From: Escherichia coli
GTDB lineage: Bacteria; Pseudomonadota; Gammaproteobacteria; Enterobacterales; Enterobacteriaceae
Direction: 5' to 3' (one strand)
Assembly: GCF_002854065.1 (NCBI RefSeq)
Contig: NZ_CP024152.1
DNA: 64,000 bases
In this document: one piece after another, positions 28,438-38,853 of the stretch
How the letters are laid out: every line of letters begins with the position of its first letter
Numbering within the stretch: the first letter of the stretch is position 1
Notes under the pieces: model-generated
What the model was told of the DNA's origin: nothing
Seen by the model: the letters and a program-made list of their open reading frames with translations, nothing else
Database searches by the model: none
Translations under genes and position numbers: made by a program

Positions 28438-29424
28438 ATGAGATCACGGTATGTTGATAGGATAATATATATGAAGAAACTATTGATTCGATTAATACCT
28501 GATGCAATATATGAGGCTCTGGAAAAGACAGCTCTGCATTCTGAACGCTCCCTGGAAGCACAGGCCAGATATATCCTTAGTTGCTCCGTAGATAATGAAA
28601 AACAATTAACTGGTGGTGAACGCTATCAAAGAGAAATAACCGCGCGTCTTAATCAAGCGTTATCAGAAGCTAATGAGGTCATAACAGCCATTAATCTTGT
28701 TCCCGCAAGAATTGCAGAACAATTAGGCCATCATGACGCCATAGAATCCGAAAATTGGTTCACCGGAAATGCTGTTCCTAGCTTTACAGAGCTTGACGAA
28801 TTAAGCGATATCTTTGGATGCTCTCCAGATTGGTTAAAGTTTGGCGAAAATGTACCTTATCCAAAGAGTTCTAAAGGAAGGATAAACTGGAATCGTGGCG
28901 GAGAAAAAGATATCGATGCACTTTTAGAGCCTGACAACAAAGGTCGTAAAGTCTCATCTATTCATATTTTCAGGGTAAATGAATCTGGCAATATACTAAT
29001 ACTGAGAGAATTTGAAAACAGCATAACTACAGATTTTTTCTCAACAAACCTTTACTTATCAGACAAAGAAAAAATAGGACAGGGCGGATTCCACGACCTG
29101 GTCGATTTCCTTGTAATTTTACAATCCCTTTATTTAAAATATATAAATAGCAATCTGTTAGTGAAAAGCTATAACATTAGCCAATATGTACTGGATTCCT
29201 GTTATAAGAGCGGAGAAAAGCACCCCATAACTATATGTAGTGCAGGTGAGACAAGTACCTGGTGGGAAGACATATGGCATGAAGACATGATAGCTCAATC
29301 GAGGAATAATGAGTCCTACTTCTGGGATGGTGACAAACCTCTTATTGATAGCCTTCATAAAGAACTTCAAAAAAATAACAGATTAAAGCCAAACAGTGAG
29401 TTAGATATGCCACTAATTGGTTAA
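28438..29424 (+). CDS. Low-GC hypothetical protein with N-terminal ribbon-helix-helix-like region, paralogous to TraE (328 aa)
   Basis: About 38% GC; Arc/MetJ-like N-terminus (LIPDAIYEALEKTALHSERSLEAQARYIL); shares the SPDWLKFGENVPYP motif with TraE (NPDWLNGHENYPIA). Confidence 0.5.
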   Translation: MRSRYVDRIIYMKKLLIRLIPDAIYEALEKTALHSERSLEAQARYILSCSVDNEKQLTGGERYQREITARLNQALSEANEVITAINLVPARIAEQLGHHDAIESENWFTGNAVPSFTELDELSDIFGCSPDWLKFGENVPYPKSSKGRINWNRGGEKDIDALLEPDNKGRKVSSIHIFRVNESGNILILREFENSITTDFFSTNLYLSDKEKIGQGGFHDLVDFLVILQSLYLKYINSNLLVKSYNISQYVLDSCYKSGEKHPITICSAGETSTWWEDIWHEDMIAQSRNNESYFWDGDKPLIDSLHKELQKNNRLKPNSELDMPLIG

Positions 29425-29641
29425 ACACCAATTAAAGATTATCTAGCTAAAACAACATCGTACACGCATACTGCAAAGCCCTTGGTGAGTTAATAGAAGA
29501 ATTACTAAGGGCTTATAAAAAATATATACCCCCACATTGGTGACACATTAAAATATTTTTTGTTGATGTGTTACCAGCCTGACCCAAAAACAATTTTTAA
29601 TCTTTCCGTTCGATTTAAATTCCAGAAATGGAGACTTTGTC

Positions 29642-30850
29642 ATGTCTTACAATCGACAGCCTGTCGCAGAAGATCCTATGCAGATATGGGGCGCTGTTGG
29701 TGTCCTTCTTATCCTGCTGCTGTTCGTCATATGGTTATTCTTGCCGGAAGTGGTTTACACCAGCTGCCTGATTCTTCATACCTTATGGGGACTGGTCGAC
29801 TGGGGACCATTTCATAACTATGCAGCACCACGATACAACCTGCTTGCCATGACCGGTAACAACGCCGCCAACATAAGCTATAGCCAGTGGGTTAACGTCA
29901 TGGAACAGACCATAGGTATTCTGTGGATGTACCTCTTACCTGTGACACTCTGGTGTTTGTGGGAATGGTATCAACATCCGGGACAAAGCCGTTTCACCCG
30001 CAGACCAGTAGATATTACCCGACTGCCACACATCTTTGCTTCGTTATCCCCTGCTATCGCCCCTGTACTGGCAGATGGTGATCCGAAAAAACTCTTTCAT
30101 GGTGGTAAACGACCTGAACGGCGGGTTGCTCTCACCCCGGAAGCATTTGTCGAACAGCATACTCTCATCACCAATATGCAGCTCGATGTTGCAGCTGCAA
30201 GACGATGTTTCATGGCCCAGTTGGGTAAACCTTTAACGTCCTGGAAAGACATGGCACCACATGAAAAAGCGCTCTTTGCCATATTTGGCCTTCAGTATTT
30301 CCTGGATGATCGGAAGGCAGCATTAAAGCTCATGGATACACTGAACCTCTCATGCAGAATTAAAAGCAAACGGGACAGCGGGAAATTCTGTACCCCTGTT
30401 TATTCACTGGCCAAATCAGCTTTCCAGAGAGTGATTAAAAGCAACGGAGCACAGCAATGGCTGAAACAACATCGCTACGTCCGCAGTGGGCTGGTCTGGC
30501 TGTATGCACATGACCTGCGGCTTACGCCACCCAACTGGATTTGGCTGAAAGGCGTGGACAGAACGCTGTTTTATGCATTACACCGCGCCAATACCACGAA
30601 AGGATTTATTGAAGGCGCTGGCGTGGTGGCCGTTGCACGTGCAGAGGCCGAAGCCATGCGTTTTGGTCTTCCCTGCCCTGAACCCTGTGTTGATGAAGCG
30701 GTGGAAGGCTTACGGCGGGATATGCTCAGTCTCGGTCTTATCTGGGATGAACCACAACCAGATCGCGACCGGAAACGCCGCATCCTGACCAACTGGTCCC
30801 TCACCGACGACATCCTGCCCCGCACACCTGCTACAGACAACGAATTCTGA
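29642..30850 (+). CDS. trbA: TrbA membrane protein (402 aa)
   Basis: GGAG RBS; N-terminal TM helices; size and position match R64 trbA. Confidence 0.65.
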   Translation: MSYNRQPVAEDPMQIWGAVGVLLILLLFVIWLFLPEVVYTSCLILHTLWGLVDWGPFHNYAAPRYNLLAMTGNNAANISYSQWVNVMEQTIGILWMYLLPVTLWCLWEWYQHPGQSRFTRRPVDITRLPHIFASLSPAIAPVLADGDPKKLFHGGKRPERRVALTPEAFVEQHTLITNMQLDVAAARRCFMAQLGKPLTSWKDMAPHEKALFAIFGLQYFLDDRKAALKLMDTLNLSCRIKSKRDSGKFCTPVYSLAKSAFQRVIKSNGAQQWLKQHRYVRSGLVWLYAHDLRLTPPNWIWLKGVDRTLFYALHRANTTKGFIEGAGVVAVARAEAEAMRFGLPCPEPCVDEAVEGLRRDMLSLGLIWDEPQPDRDRKRRILTNWSLTDDILPRTPATDNEF

Positions 30851-30868
30851 TTATCCGGAGAACTGAAA

Positions 30869-31939
30869 ATGACAATCGAGTACTTTGCAACACGCATTGC
30901 AAAACATATTTCCGTGCAGGCAATCTGGCCGGATGGCAGGACAGAAATTATTGCTGTCCTTCCACGGGATGCCCTGTCAGGGCTGGTAACACGAAATAAT
31001 CAACTGATTCATATAGCCTTTGACGCCATGGGCACCCGTAACAGAGAAACCGTCCTGATTGATAAACAGGAGCATAACGCTGACCAGATACTTACAGCTA
31101 TTGATTCCTGCCTGCGCCTTGAATATCTGATGGAACGCCGCTTCAGCAGAACACCTTTGTTCCGTGGCATAATCGCCAGCGTTGTGCTGTTCGTAATGGC
31201 AACGATTGGCTTCTCTCTGTTCCGCTATGTTGATCGTGTATTCTGGGATGATACAACGCCTGAAGCAGTACAGACAGCAGGTGAGCCACGACTGCTACCC
31301 CCTCACCTGAATCACACTGTGCCATTAAATGAAGGCATTCAACTCCCGGTTCCCCCGAAAAAAGACGTCCAGGTCCCGGAGAAAACAATCACAAGCAAAA
31401 ATCCGGAAGCCGCAGCTGCGCGACATAATCTGGCTACTGTTCTGAAGCGGAACGCCGATCGGGGCATGTTTACCATCAACCTGTCATCCGGTCATGAACG
31501 AACCCTGTTCGCATTTCTCGATCCTGCCTGTCCTAACTGCAGACTTCTGGAGCCGGCCTTAAAACGCCTGGCCAGCGACTTCAATGTCGTTATCTACCCG
31601 GTTTCAGTTATTGGTGGAGAGGAATCCACCGACCGTGTGGCACCACTGCTGTGTGAAAAAGATGCTCAGAAACGTGCTGCCGGCTGGCACCGACTGTATT
31701 CCGCAGATAACGGAATGATGACGCCATCAGAAGAAACAACGCCTGCAGATGAAACATGCCTGAAAGCAGCCAGAGCTGCGATTGATGTTAACAATGTCGC
31801 CTTCCGTAAGTTCGGATTTGCCGGTACCCCATGGGTGCTGTCCGACACCGGCTGGCATCTGCCTACAGGAATTCTGCAGGAAACTGGCACGCTTAATTTA
31901 TTCCTGAAAACCACCGACAGCGAGTCTGGCCATGAGTGA
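30869..31939 (+). CDS. trbB: TrbB, thioredoxin-fold disulfide isomerase-like protein (356 aa)
   Basis: CPNC active-site motif (FLDPACPNCRLLEP) in the C-terminal domain; TM anchor. Confidence 0.7.
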   Translation: MTIEYFATRIAKHISVQAIWPDGRTEIIAVLPRDALSGLVTRNNQLIHIAFDAMGTRNRETVLIDKQEHNADQILTAIDSCLRLEYLMERRFSRTPLFRGIIASVVLFVMATIGFSLFRYVDRVFWDDTTPEAVQTAGEPRLLPPHLNHTVPLNEGIQLPVPPKKDVQVPEKTITSKNPEAAAARHNLATVLKRNADRGMFTINLSSGHERTLFAFLDPACPNCRLLEPALKRLASDFNVVIYPVSVIGGEESTDRVAPLLCEKDAQKRAAGWHRLYSADNGMMTPSEETTPADETCLKAARAAIDVNNVAFRKFGFAGTPWVLSDTGWHLPTGILQETGTLNLFLKTTDSESGHE

Positions 31940-34223
31940 ACATCGCGTTAACCCCGAGCTTTTACACCGTACAGCCTGGGGAAATCCTGTCTGGAATGCA
32001 CTCCAGAGTCTCAATATCTATGGCTTTTGCCTGGTGGCAAGTCTTGTGGCCAGTTTTATCTGGCCACTTGCATTACCGGCATGTCTGTTGTTCACACTGA
32101 TAACAATGCTGGTATTTAGTCTGCAGCGATGGCGCTGCCCTCTTCGTATGCCCATGACGCTGGAATGTGCTGACCCGTCACAGGACAGAATGATTAAAAG
32201 AAGTCTTTTCAGCTTCTGGCCAACCCTGTTCCAGTATGAGGTCATTCTGGAATCACCGGCCAGCGGCATATTCTATGTTGGTTATCAACGCGTCAGGGAT
32301 ATTGGCAGGGAGTTATGGCTGAGTATGGACGATCTGACCCGCCATATAATGTTTTTCGCCACCACCGGTGGCGGTAAAACGGAAACCATCTTTGCCTGGG
32401 CGATTAACCCACTTTGCTGGGCAAGAGGATTCACCCTTGTCGATGGCAAGGCACAGAATGATACGGCAAGAACGATCTGGTATCTGGCCAGACGCTTTGG
32501 ACGTGAAGACGATGTGGAAGTCATTAACTTCATGAACGGAGGAAAATCCCGCAGTGAAATCATTCTGAGTGGTGAAAAAACGCGTCCTCAGTCAAATACC
32601 TGGAATCCCTTCTGTTACAGCACTGAGGCATTCACAGCGGAGACAATGCAGTCAATGCTGCCCCAGAACGTCCAGGGGGGCGAGTGGCAGTCCCGGGCCA
32701 TTGCCATGAATAAGGCACTGGTATTTGGTACTAAATTCTGGTGTGTGCGCGAAGGCAAAACAATGTCGCTGCAGATGCTCCGTGAACATATGACTCTCGA
32801 AGGGATGGCCAAACTTTACTGTCGTGGCCTCGATGATCAGTGGCCGGAAGAAGCTATCGCACCGTTACGTAACTACCTTCAGGACGTTCCCGGTTTCGAC
32901 CTGTCGCTGGTCAGGACACCATCAGCCTGGACGGAAGAACCCAGAAAACAACATGCTTATCTCTCCGGGCAGTTTTCTGAAACTTTCAGCACATTCACGG
33001 AAGCATTCGGGGATATTTTTGCTGAAGATTCCGGTGATATCGATATCCGTGACAGCATTCACAGCGACAGGATTCTGATGGTAATGATCCCCGCTCTGGA
33101 TACATCAGCGCATACAACGTCTGCTCTTGGACGAATGTTTATCACCCAGAAAAGTATGATTCTCGCCCGTGATTTGGGCTACCGCCTCGAAGGAACTGAT
33201 TCCGATGCACTGGAAGTCAAAAAATATAAGGGGCGTTTCCCTTATCTGTGTTTCCTTGATGAAGTGGGGGCATACTATACGGACCGTATTGCTGTGGAAG
33301 CCACTCAGGTGCGTTCACTGGATTTTGCTCTGATTTTGATGGCACAGGACCAGGAACGTATAGAAGGACAGACAACAGCCACGAATACGGCAACACTGAT
33401 GCAGAACACGGGGACAAAATTTGCCGGCAGGATTGTCAGCGAGGGCAGTACGGCCAGAACGCTGAAAAGCGCCGCCGGTGAAGAAGCCAGGGCGAGGATG
33501 AACAACCTGCAGCGTCAGGACGGCATATTTGGTGAATCATGGATTGACAGCCCACAAATCAGCATCCTGATGGAAAGTAAGATAGATGTTCAGGAGTTGA
33601 TTGAACTTCATCCTGGCGAGTTCTTTTCTATTTTCCGGGGAGAAACCGTACCATCAGCATCATTCTTCATCCCTGACGATGAGAAAAGCTGCAGCAGCGA
33701 TCCCGTTGTTATAAACAGGTATATCAGCGTGGATGCGCCACGCCTGGACCGTCTCCGCCGTCTTGTTCCCCGTACTACTCAACGTCGAATACCGTCACCG
33801 GAAAATGTCAGTGCCATCATTGGCGTCCTGACTGCAAAACCCTCCAGAAAAAGACGAAAAATTCGCACAGAGCCGCACACGATCGTGGATACATTCCAGC
33901 AACGCATTGCAGGACGTCAGGCGGCTATGGCAATGCTGGAAGAGTACGACACAGATATCAACGCACGTGAAAGTGCCTTGTGGGAAACAGCGGTGAATAC
34001 GCTTAAAACGACCACACGGGAAGAGCGACGAATTCGCTATATCACGCTGAACAGACCAGAACTACCTGAAACAAAAGAGGAAAATCAGATATCAGTGAGA
34101 GCAGAAAGAGCAGGTATAAACCTGTTAACGCTTCCACAGGACAATAACCACCCGACAGGGCGTCCTGTAAACGGGTTTCATCATAAAAAAAACAACCGTC
34201 CGGACTGGGACGGAATGTACTGA
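31932..34223 (+). CDS. trbC: TrbC, P-loop NTPase, probable coupling-type ATPase (763 aa)
   Basis: N-terminal TM helices; Walker A-like TTGGGKT; start overlaps the trbB stop. Confidence 0.65.
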   Translation: MSEHRVNPELLHRTAWGNPVWNALQSLNIYGFCLVASLVASFIWPLALPACLLFTLITMLVFSLQRWRCPLRMPMTLECADPSQDRMIKRSLFSFWPTLFQYEVILESPASGIFYVGYQRVRDIGRELWLSMDDLTRHIMFFATTGGGKTETIFAWAINPLCWARGFTLVDGKAQNDTARTIWYLARRFGREDDVEVINFMNGGKSRSEIILSGEKTRPQSNTWNPFCYSTEAFTAETMQSMLPQNVQGGEWQSRAIAMNKALVFGTKFWCVREGKTMSLQMLREHMTLEGMAKLYCRGLDDQWPEEAIAPLRNYLQDVPGFDLSLVRTPSAWTEEPRKQHAYLSGQFSETFSTFTEAFGDIFAEDSGDIDIRDSIHSDRILMVMIPALDTSAHTTSALGRMFITQKSMILARDLGYRLEGTDSDALEVKKYKGRFPYLCFLDEVGAYYTDRIAVEATQVRSLDFALILMAQDQERIEGQTTATNTATLMQNTGTKFAGRIVSEGSTARTLKSAAGEEARARMNNLQRQDGIFGESWIDSPQISILMESKIDVQELIELHPGEFFSIFRGETVPSASFFIPDDEKSCSSDPVVINRYISVDAPRLDRLRRLVPRTTQRRIPSPENVSAIIGVLTAKPSRKRRKIRTEPHTIVDTFQQRIAGRQAAMAMLEEYDTDINARESALWETAVNTLKTTTREERRIRYITLNRPELPETKEENQISVRAERAGINLLTLPQDNNHPTGRPVNGFHHKKNNRPDWDGMY

Positions 34224-34228
34224 ACAGT

Positions 34229-34261
34229 GGCCGCGCCGGATTCTGGCGCGGCCTTTTTTTT
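34229..34261 (+). terminator. Rho-independent terminator between convergent trbC and nikB
   Basis: GGCCGCGCC...GGCGCGGCC stem followed by T8. Confidence 0.6.
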
Positions 34262-36959
34262 AACCTGGAGAAGGCGGTTCCCAGCGTTTATCCTGCTCCG
34301 GCGGAGGCAGTGATGCGTCATCGTTGCTGTTCGCCGCGATATAATCGCGGTAGTAGCGTTCACTTCCTTCACGGTGATGATCCACGTCCGGTCGCGTAAT
34401 CCTGTAGTCTTCGTGACCGGTACGGCCTGTCACATTATGCCAGGCAACCATTTCAGCAAAGACCTGGTTAAATTGTTTGTCGTTTCCTTCTGGTTCAAAA
34501 CCCATGCGTGGATCACGCCCGAATAATACCGGTGCAATCAAATCCAGTTTATCTGCCAGCGCATTGCGGTCATGGTGATTACGGAAAACAACCCTGTCAC
34601 CATAATCCGTACAGACAAACTCTCCCGTCCGACGGTCACGGAAACGAACACTCCCGTTCTTCTGCAGACGGGCCTCGAGATCACCGGTATTACCGTATAC
34701 CGGCGTTCCGCCCGGTTCACAAAGCACGACACAGCGGTCTGTCGTCGTTGTGCGTGACCTGTCTTTACGGCGATCGCGATAATCCCAGCCTCTCAACTGC
34801 GATACAGCAGCCCTGTCTCCCTGAGCAGCCTGAATTTCGACCCACTGACGGTAAGAGGGTGGATACCACTTCCCGTCAGCAATAAGTTTCTGTCGCTCAT
34901 CCCTGATGTCTTCTTTCAGCCTGATCAATGCCTGCATTCGCTGAACTTCTGCAATGTGATAATGCAGCTTACGTAATGCCGGATCATCGTACTGCGCACG
35001 AATGTGTGACTTCCGCAGACGGCATGCCTGATGAATTTCCCGACAACGTTCCCCATAACGCAGATCTGGTTTACGCCATTGTTCACGCCATGCCAGATAG
35101 CGGGCACGCAGGTCAGCACGGGCCTCAGCTCTGGCTTCACGTCGCTGCCGGCGCAGCATTGGGTCACGTTTACTGCTGACCCCGTACCTGTCACTGACAG
35201 CCAGCTCCGGGTTATAGCGACTTTCAGGTTGCACCCTGTCAAACAAATCTGCTGGGGCACTCACAAAAGGTCCGGCCTGTGGCTCTGCACGCCCCAGTGT
35301 CAGATCAGGATGAATGCTGCTGGCCTTCACCGGCGTTTGCTCATGATTAAAGGCATCAACGACAACAAGCCCGTGATGTTGTTTCTGTAGCATCAGTCCC
35401 TGTTGTGCAAACAGCTCATGACAACGCTGCCAGGTAAACTCACCCTGTGTGATCATTTCTTCAATCTGAGGGCTACAATGGCTGATGCTGTATCCCCACA
35501 GACTTTCTTTGTCAGAAAACAGTTCGCGTTTGATAGCCCCCTGCGGCCCCGTGCCTGTACGCATACGGTGCCATTCTTTATCGGTCGCAGGACAGCTCTC
35601 CATACGACGACCACGGAAGCGTTCTGTTGGCGTAACCTGGCGGAAAATATCTGTTGGTACAGGCTGCCAGCCACCATCGAGTTGATTCACATTGTCGAGC
35701 GTCAGCAGCGACCATACGCTGTCAGCACGAACGGGAGTCTGGTTATGATCATAACCGTCACAGATAACCAGGTGACCATGCTGAACACGCATCCATAATC
35801 CCGCTTCAGCCAGTGTGCGGTGAATAGCCTGGCAGTTTTCCAGCCGTCCTTCCCGTGCCATTTCCGGCAGACGTTCTCCAAGGTGACGACAGGCATACTG
35901 CTGCAGACTTTCTGTTTCAGCGATTTTTTCCGGGCGAACATCAGCGGCAATGAAGTCCGGATTATAGCGTCCTGGTGCTTCCACCTGGCTGAAAATGTCT
36001 TTTGGTACTGGCGTGTAGTCACCCATTTTTTTCATGAGTTTTTCTGCACACCAGGAGGGACCAAACGAGTCAAGCTGTACACCTTCCCTGTTGCGATCCC
36101 AGCCATCCATCACCAGAAATTTTCCTTCCATCTGAGACAGGTACAGACCATCTTCCGCAAGACGACGATGCAGGGATAACCAGTCATTTACAGGTTCACT
36201 GCGTAAACCAGCGACCGCTGTCTGCGCGACATACTCGCGAAAAGTTTGTTTTTTTCCGCGTGTCCACGCGTTCTGGCGATCACGTTCAACGGCAGTTTTG
36301 CGAACGATACGATTTCCCGGCGCATGGACCCAGCAACCGTTATCCGGAGCAAAACCATGCTTCAGTTCAAGTTCACGGCAGGCACGGCTGAGTTTTTCCT
36401 GACTCCATGAAAGGCAATTCAGATAACCTGTAACCGGATGTACCCGGTTGACCGCAACGTGAACATGCAGGTTATCAGTATCGGTATGTACGGCAGAAAC
36501 ATACTGATGTTCACCCAGCCCGAGGGATTTCAGGGTATGGCGTACACTGTCATAAATCTGTTCCGGACGCGGGCTTTCATGGGCCTGCCAGGAAAGAATG
36601 TAGTGAAAAACAGGATCAGTATTATCTTTCGCATAGTGTGCCTGCTGTGCAATGTACTCCATATCTGCAGCAGCAGTTTCAAGCGATGTACAGTTGTGAA
36701 AACAGGTCACACCGTAAAAGTTAACCCATTCGCAGCCGTCCTTCATGACATCAACCAGCGCCACGAATGACTCATTTCGAAGGCGTGTCGCATAATCAAC
36801 AAGGCGACTGAAACGGCTCCGGTGCGGTTGTTCAGCCTGCGAAGAAGAAGATAAATTCAGTTCCTCATCGGTCATGTCATCCCGGACCGAGACGTAGGAC
36901 ACCAGGTCTTCGAACGAAGACTTGCCGTCCCTTCTCTTTTTCGGAATGACTGCATTCAC
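34260..36959 (-). CDS. nikB: NikB relaxase (899 aa)
   Basis: Relaxase His-triad motif HTDTDNLHVHVAVN; large ORF adjacent to nikA and oriT; GTG start with GAGGA RBS. Confidence 0.85.
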   Translation of the reverse strand: MNAVIPKKRRDGKSSFEDLVSYVSVRDDMTDEELNLSSSSQAEQPHRSRFSRLVDYATRLRNESFVALVDVMKDGCEWVNFYGVTCFHNCTSLETAAADMEYIAQQAHYAKDNTDPVFHYILSWQAHESPRPEQIYDSVRHTLKSLGLGEHQYVSAVHTDTDNLHVHVAVNRVHPVTGYLNCLSWSQEKLSRACRELELKHGFAPDNGCWVHAPGNRIVRKTAVERDRQNAWTRGKKQTFREYVAQTAVAGLRSEPVNDWLSLHRRLAEDGLYLSQMEGKFLVMDGWDRNREGVQLDSFGPSWCAEKLMKKMGDYTPVPKDIFSQVEAPGRYNPDFIAADVRPEKIAETESLQQYACRHLGERLPEMAREGRLENCQAIHRTLAEAGLWMRVQHGHLVICDGYDHNQTPVRADSVWSLLTLDNVNQLDGGWQPVPTDIFRQVTPTERFRGRRMESCPATDKEWHRMRTGTGPQGAIKRELFSDKESLWGYSISHCSPQIEEMITQGEFTWQRCHELFAQQGLMLQKQHHGLVVVDAFNHEQTPVKASSIHPDLTLGRAEPQAGPFVSAPADLFDRVQPESRYNPELAVSDRYGVSSKRDPMLRRQRREARAEARADLRARYLAWREQWRKPDLRYGERCREIHQACRLRKSHIRAQYDDPALRKLHYHIAEVQRMQALIRLKEDIRDERQKLIADGKWYPPSYRQWVEIQAAQGDRAAVSQLRGWDYRDRRKDRSRTTTTDRCVVLCEPGGTPVYGNTGDLEARLQKNGSVRFRDRRTGEFVCTDYGDRVVFRNHHDRNALADKLDLIAPVLFGRDPRMGFEPEGNDKQFNQVFAEMVAWHNVTGRTGHEDYRITRPDVDHHREGSERYYRDYIAANSNDDASLPPPEQDKRWEPPSPG

Positions 36960-36969
36960 CGGAGAATCC

Positions 36970-37302
36970 TCAACCTTCCATTAACTGTTTACGCAATGTA
37001 TTTGTAAGTTCGGTTATGGCAACAAGCACTTCTGCGTATTCCTTGTCACCGGTTCTTTTTCCCTGAACAAACAGATGCTTCTGCATCCTTCCCAGTCTCA
37101 TTAACTCCTTCAGAAAAGCATCATCTGTACGGGAGTTAATTCGCTTATTCAGTGCTGCATTTCGGATGTAAGCAGATACAGTAAGTCCGGAATCTTCAGC
37201 TTTTTTCCTGATGGTTTCATCCTCAACAGGAGAGAATCTGAGTGTCCTGACAACTGTCTTTTGCCGTACCTCACTTTTCTTTCTTACCGCACTATCACTC
37301 AC
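36970..37302 (-). CDS. nikA: NikA, oriT-binding relaxosome accessory protein (110 aa)
   Basis: Small basic ORF immediately upstream of nikB and next to the oriT inverted repeats. Confidence 0.8.
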   Translation of the reverse strand: MSDSAVRKKSEVRQKTVVRTLRFSPVEDETIRKKAEDSGLTVSAYIRNAALNKRINSRTDDAFLKELMRLGRMQKHLFVQGKRTGDKEYAEVLVAITELTNTLRKQLMEG

Positions 37303-37420
37303 TTCAGGCTCCTTACGGGGTGTCGGGGCGAAGCCCTGACCAGATGGTAATTGTAATAGCGTCGCGTGTGACGGTATTACAATTACACATCCTGTCCCGT
37401 TTTTCAGGCCATTATAGCCT
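37303..37420. other. Origin of transfer (oriT) region with inverted repeats
   Basis: Inverted repeat GTCGGGGC...GCCCTGAC (37331-37349) and AATTGTAATA-N16-TATTACAATT (37358-37393), directly upstream of nikA; a nick site is expected at the 3-prime side of the right arm. Confidence 0.6.
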
Positions 37421-37529
37421 GTTATTTTTGTGCATCATAGTCTTATGCAGACGGCAGAAGCAGGGCGCAGCCCTGCCAGGAGTCAGTTTTTGATGATAAA
37501 ATCAGACTTCAACATGAAACGGAGAGAAA

Positions 37530-37871
37530 GTGCCAATGGCTTCTAAAAAATTTTACTCAGATGATGACATCCAGCTGGCAAAAGCTGCCTTATCGGAATT
37601 GCCGGACCTCACCGCTCAACGGAAAACATTGCGTGATTTTCTTGATGCCATTCGTGATGACATCATTGTCCTGGTAAGGACAAAGGGTTATACACTGGCA
37701 GATGTTCGTGACACGCTTAAAAATGCAGGGTATGAAGTAGGAGAGAAGGCACTTCGTGACATTATTCGGGAAGCAGAATCGAAAAAACCATCCCGCCGTT
37801 CTTCCTCTAAAACAGCACCTAAAAAGACAGATTCAGGCAGGAAAGATGGCATCGATATGAACAACAATTGA
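37530..37871 (+). CDS. Hypothetical protein with basic C-terminal tail (113 aa), first gene right of oriT
   Basis: ORF with a perfect palindrome GATGTGACAATGTCACATC immediately after the stop; no recognisable catalytic motif. Confidence 0.45.
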   Translation: MPMASKKFYSDDDIQLAKAALSELPDLTAQRKTLRDFLDAIRDDIIVLVRTKGYTLADVRDTLKNAGYEVGEKALRDIIREAESKKPSRRSSSKTAPKKTDSGRKDGIDMNNN

Positions 37872-37956
37872 TGTGACAATGTCACATCGTGTTCTGAGAT
37901 TATGATGGTTACAGAAAAAAAAGCCCCGGCATAAATACCAGGGCTTTTCTGTTTAA

Positions 37957-38808
37957 TCAGACTCGTGGCGGCAATGCACCAGGATAATGCCGTGCAATAA
38001 TATCATTCAGTTTTTCAACAAGGTCAGGACGCTTAAAGACAATGTGTACGGTCCCTTTCTGGTAGCCACGCACCGTAAAATATTCCCCTTCTAACAGCTT
38101 ACCGACGTTGTCGCCGTTCCCGAGAAATTCACCATACTGCGCCCCGATGCTGCTCCGGAAGTCAGGAACGTTGCGCCCCTCCAGCAGATAAAAAGGACGT
38201 ACCAGGTCATCCAGTGCCTCCCGTCCGCTGCAGTCCAGCGTCACACGCCCGTTACTCCAGCGGTACAGCATGTTTTCAATAATGATTCTCTTGCCCAGAC
38301 GGCAGGGATTATTGGTTCTGTAATCCCATGACAATTTCCGGTAGACATCAATCAGTCCCTGTTCAAACGTCTGCATCTTGCTGGTATTAAGATGGCGGAA
38401 TGTTGCCAGTACATTGTCCAGGGTGATTTCAGGACAGGTGTCGCTCATCAGCTGGCTGTTCCACTCATCACGCTGGCATGAACTCATGAAGGTGTACATG
38501 CCCGTATCTGTCATCAGGCGGTCCCAGATTTTCCGGTCGGCAAGACGGGTGATATTCCTTTTCGCTTCTTCCGGCTTATCCATGCGACGAACGGAATCAG
38601 TCACGCAGTCTTCAAACCCGTAAAGAAAAATATCACCTGACGCATCGAGCAGAATCCTGCGCGCTGTCGCCAGGCATTCCATCGCCTGCATGAATAGTGC
38701 AATACCTTCGTTACGCTGCGCGATGATGCGGTCGATAGCCACAGACGGAATAACATCTGTCGTGCCGGCAGTATTCAGGTCAGCAGTGGGTAAAGTCTGA
38801 TTCATCAC
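37957..38808 (-). CDS. Hypothetical leading-region protein (283 aa)
   Basis: Minus-strand ORF directly downstream (in transcription sense) of structured repeat copy 1; function not recognisable from sequence. Confidence 0.5.
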   Translation of the reverse strand: MMNQTLPTADLNTAGTTDVIPSVAIDRIIAQRNEGIALFMQAMECLATARRILLDASGDIFLYGFEDCVTDSVRRMDKPEEAKRNITRLADRKIWDRLMTDTGMYTFMSSCQRDEWNSQLMSDTCPEITLDNVLATFRHLNTSKMQTFEQGLIDVYRKLSWDYRTNNPCRLGKRIIIENMLYRWSNGRVTLDCSGREALDDLVRPFYLLEGRNVPDFRSSIGAQYGEFLGNGDNVGKLLEGEYFTVRGYQKGTVHIVFKRPDLVEKLNDIIARHYPGALPPRV

Positions 38809-38853
38809 ATTGTCTCCTCATCGTCACGACTGCCGGGTCAGCCAGGTCATTTC

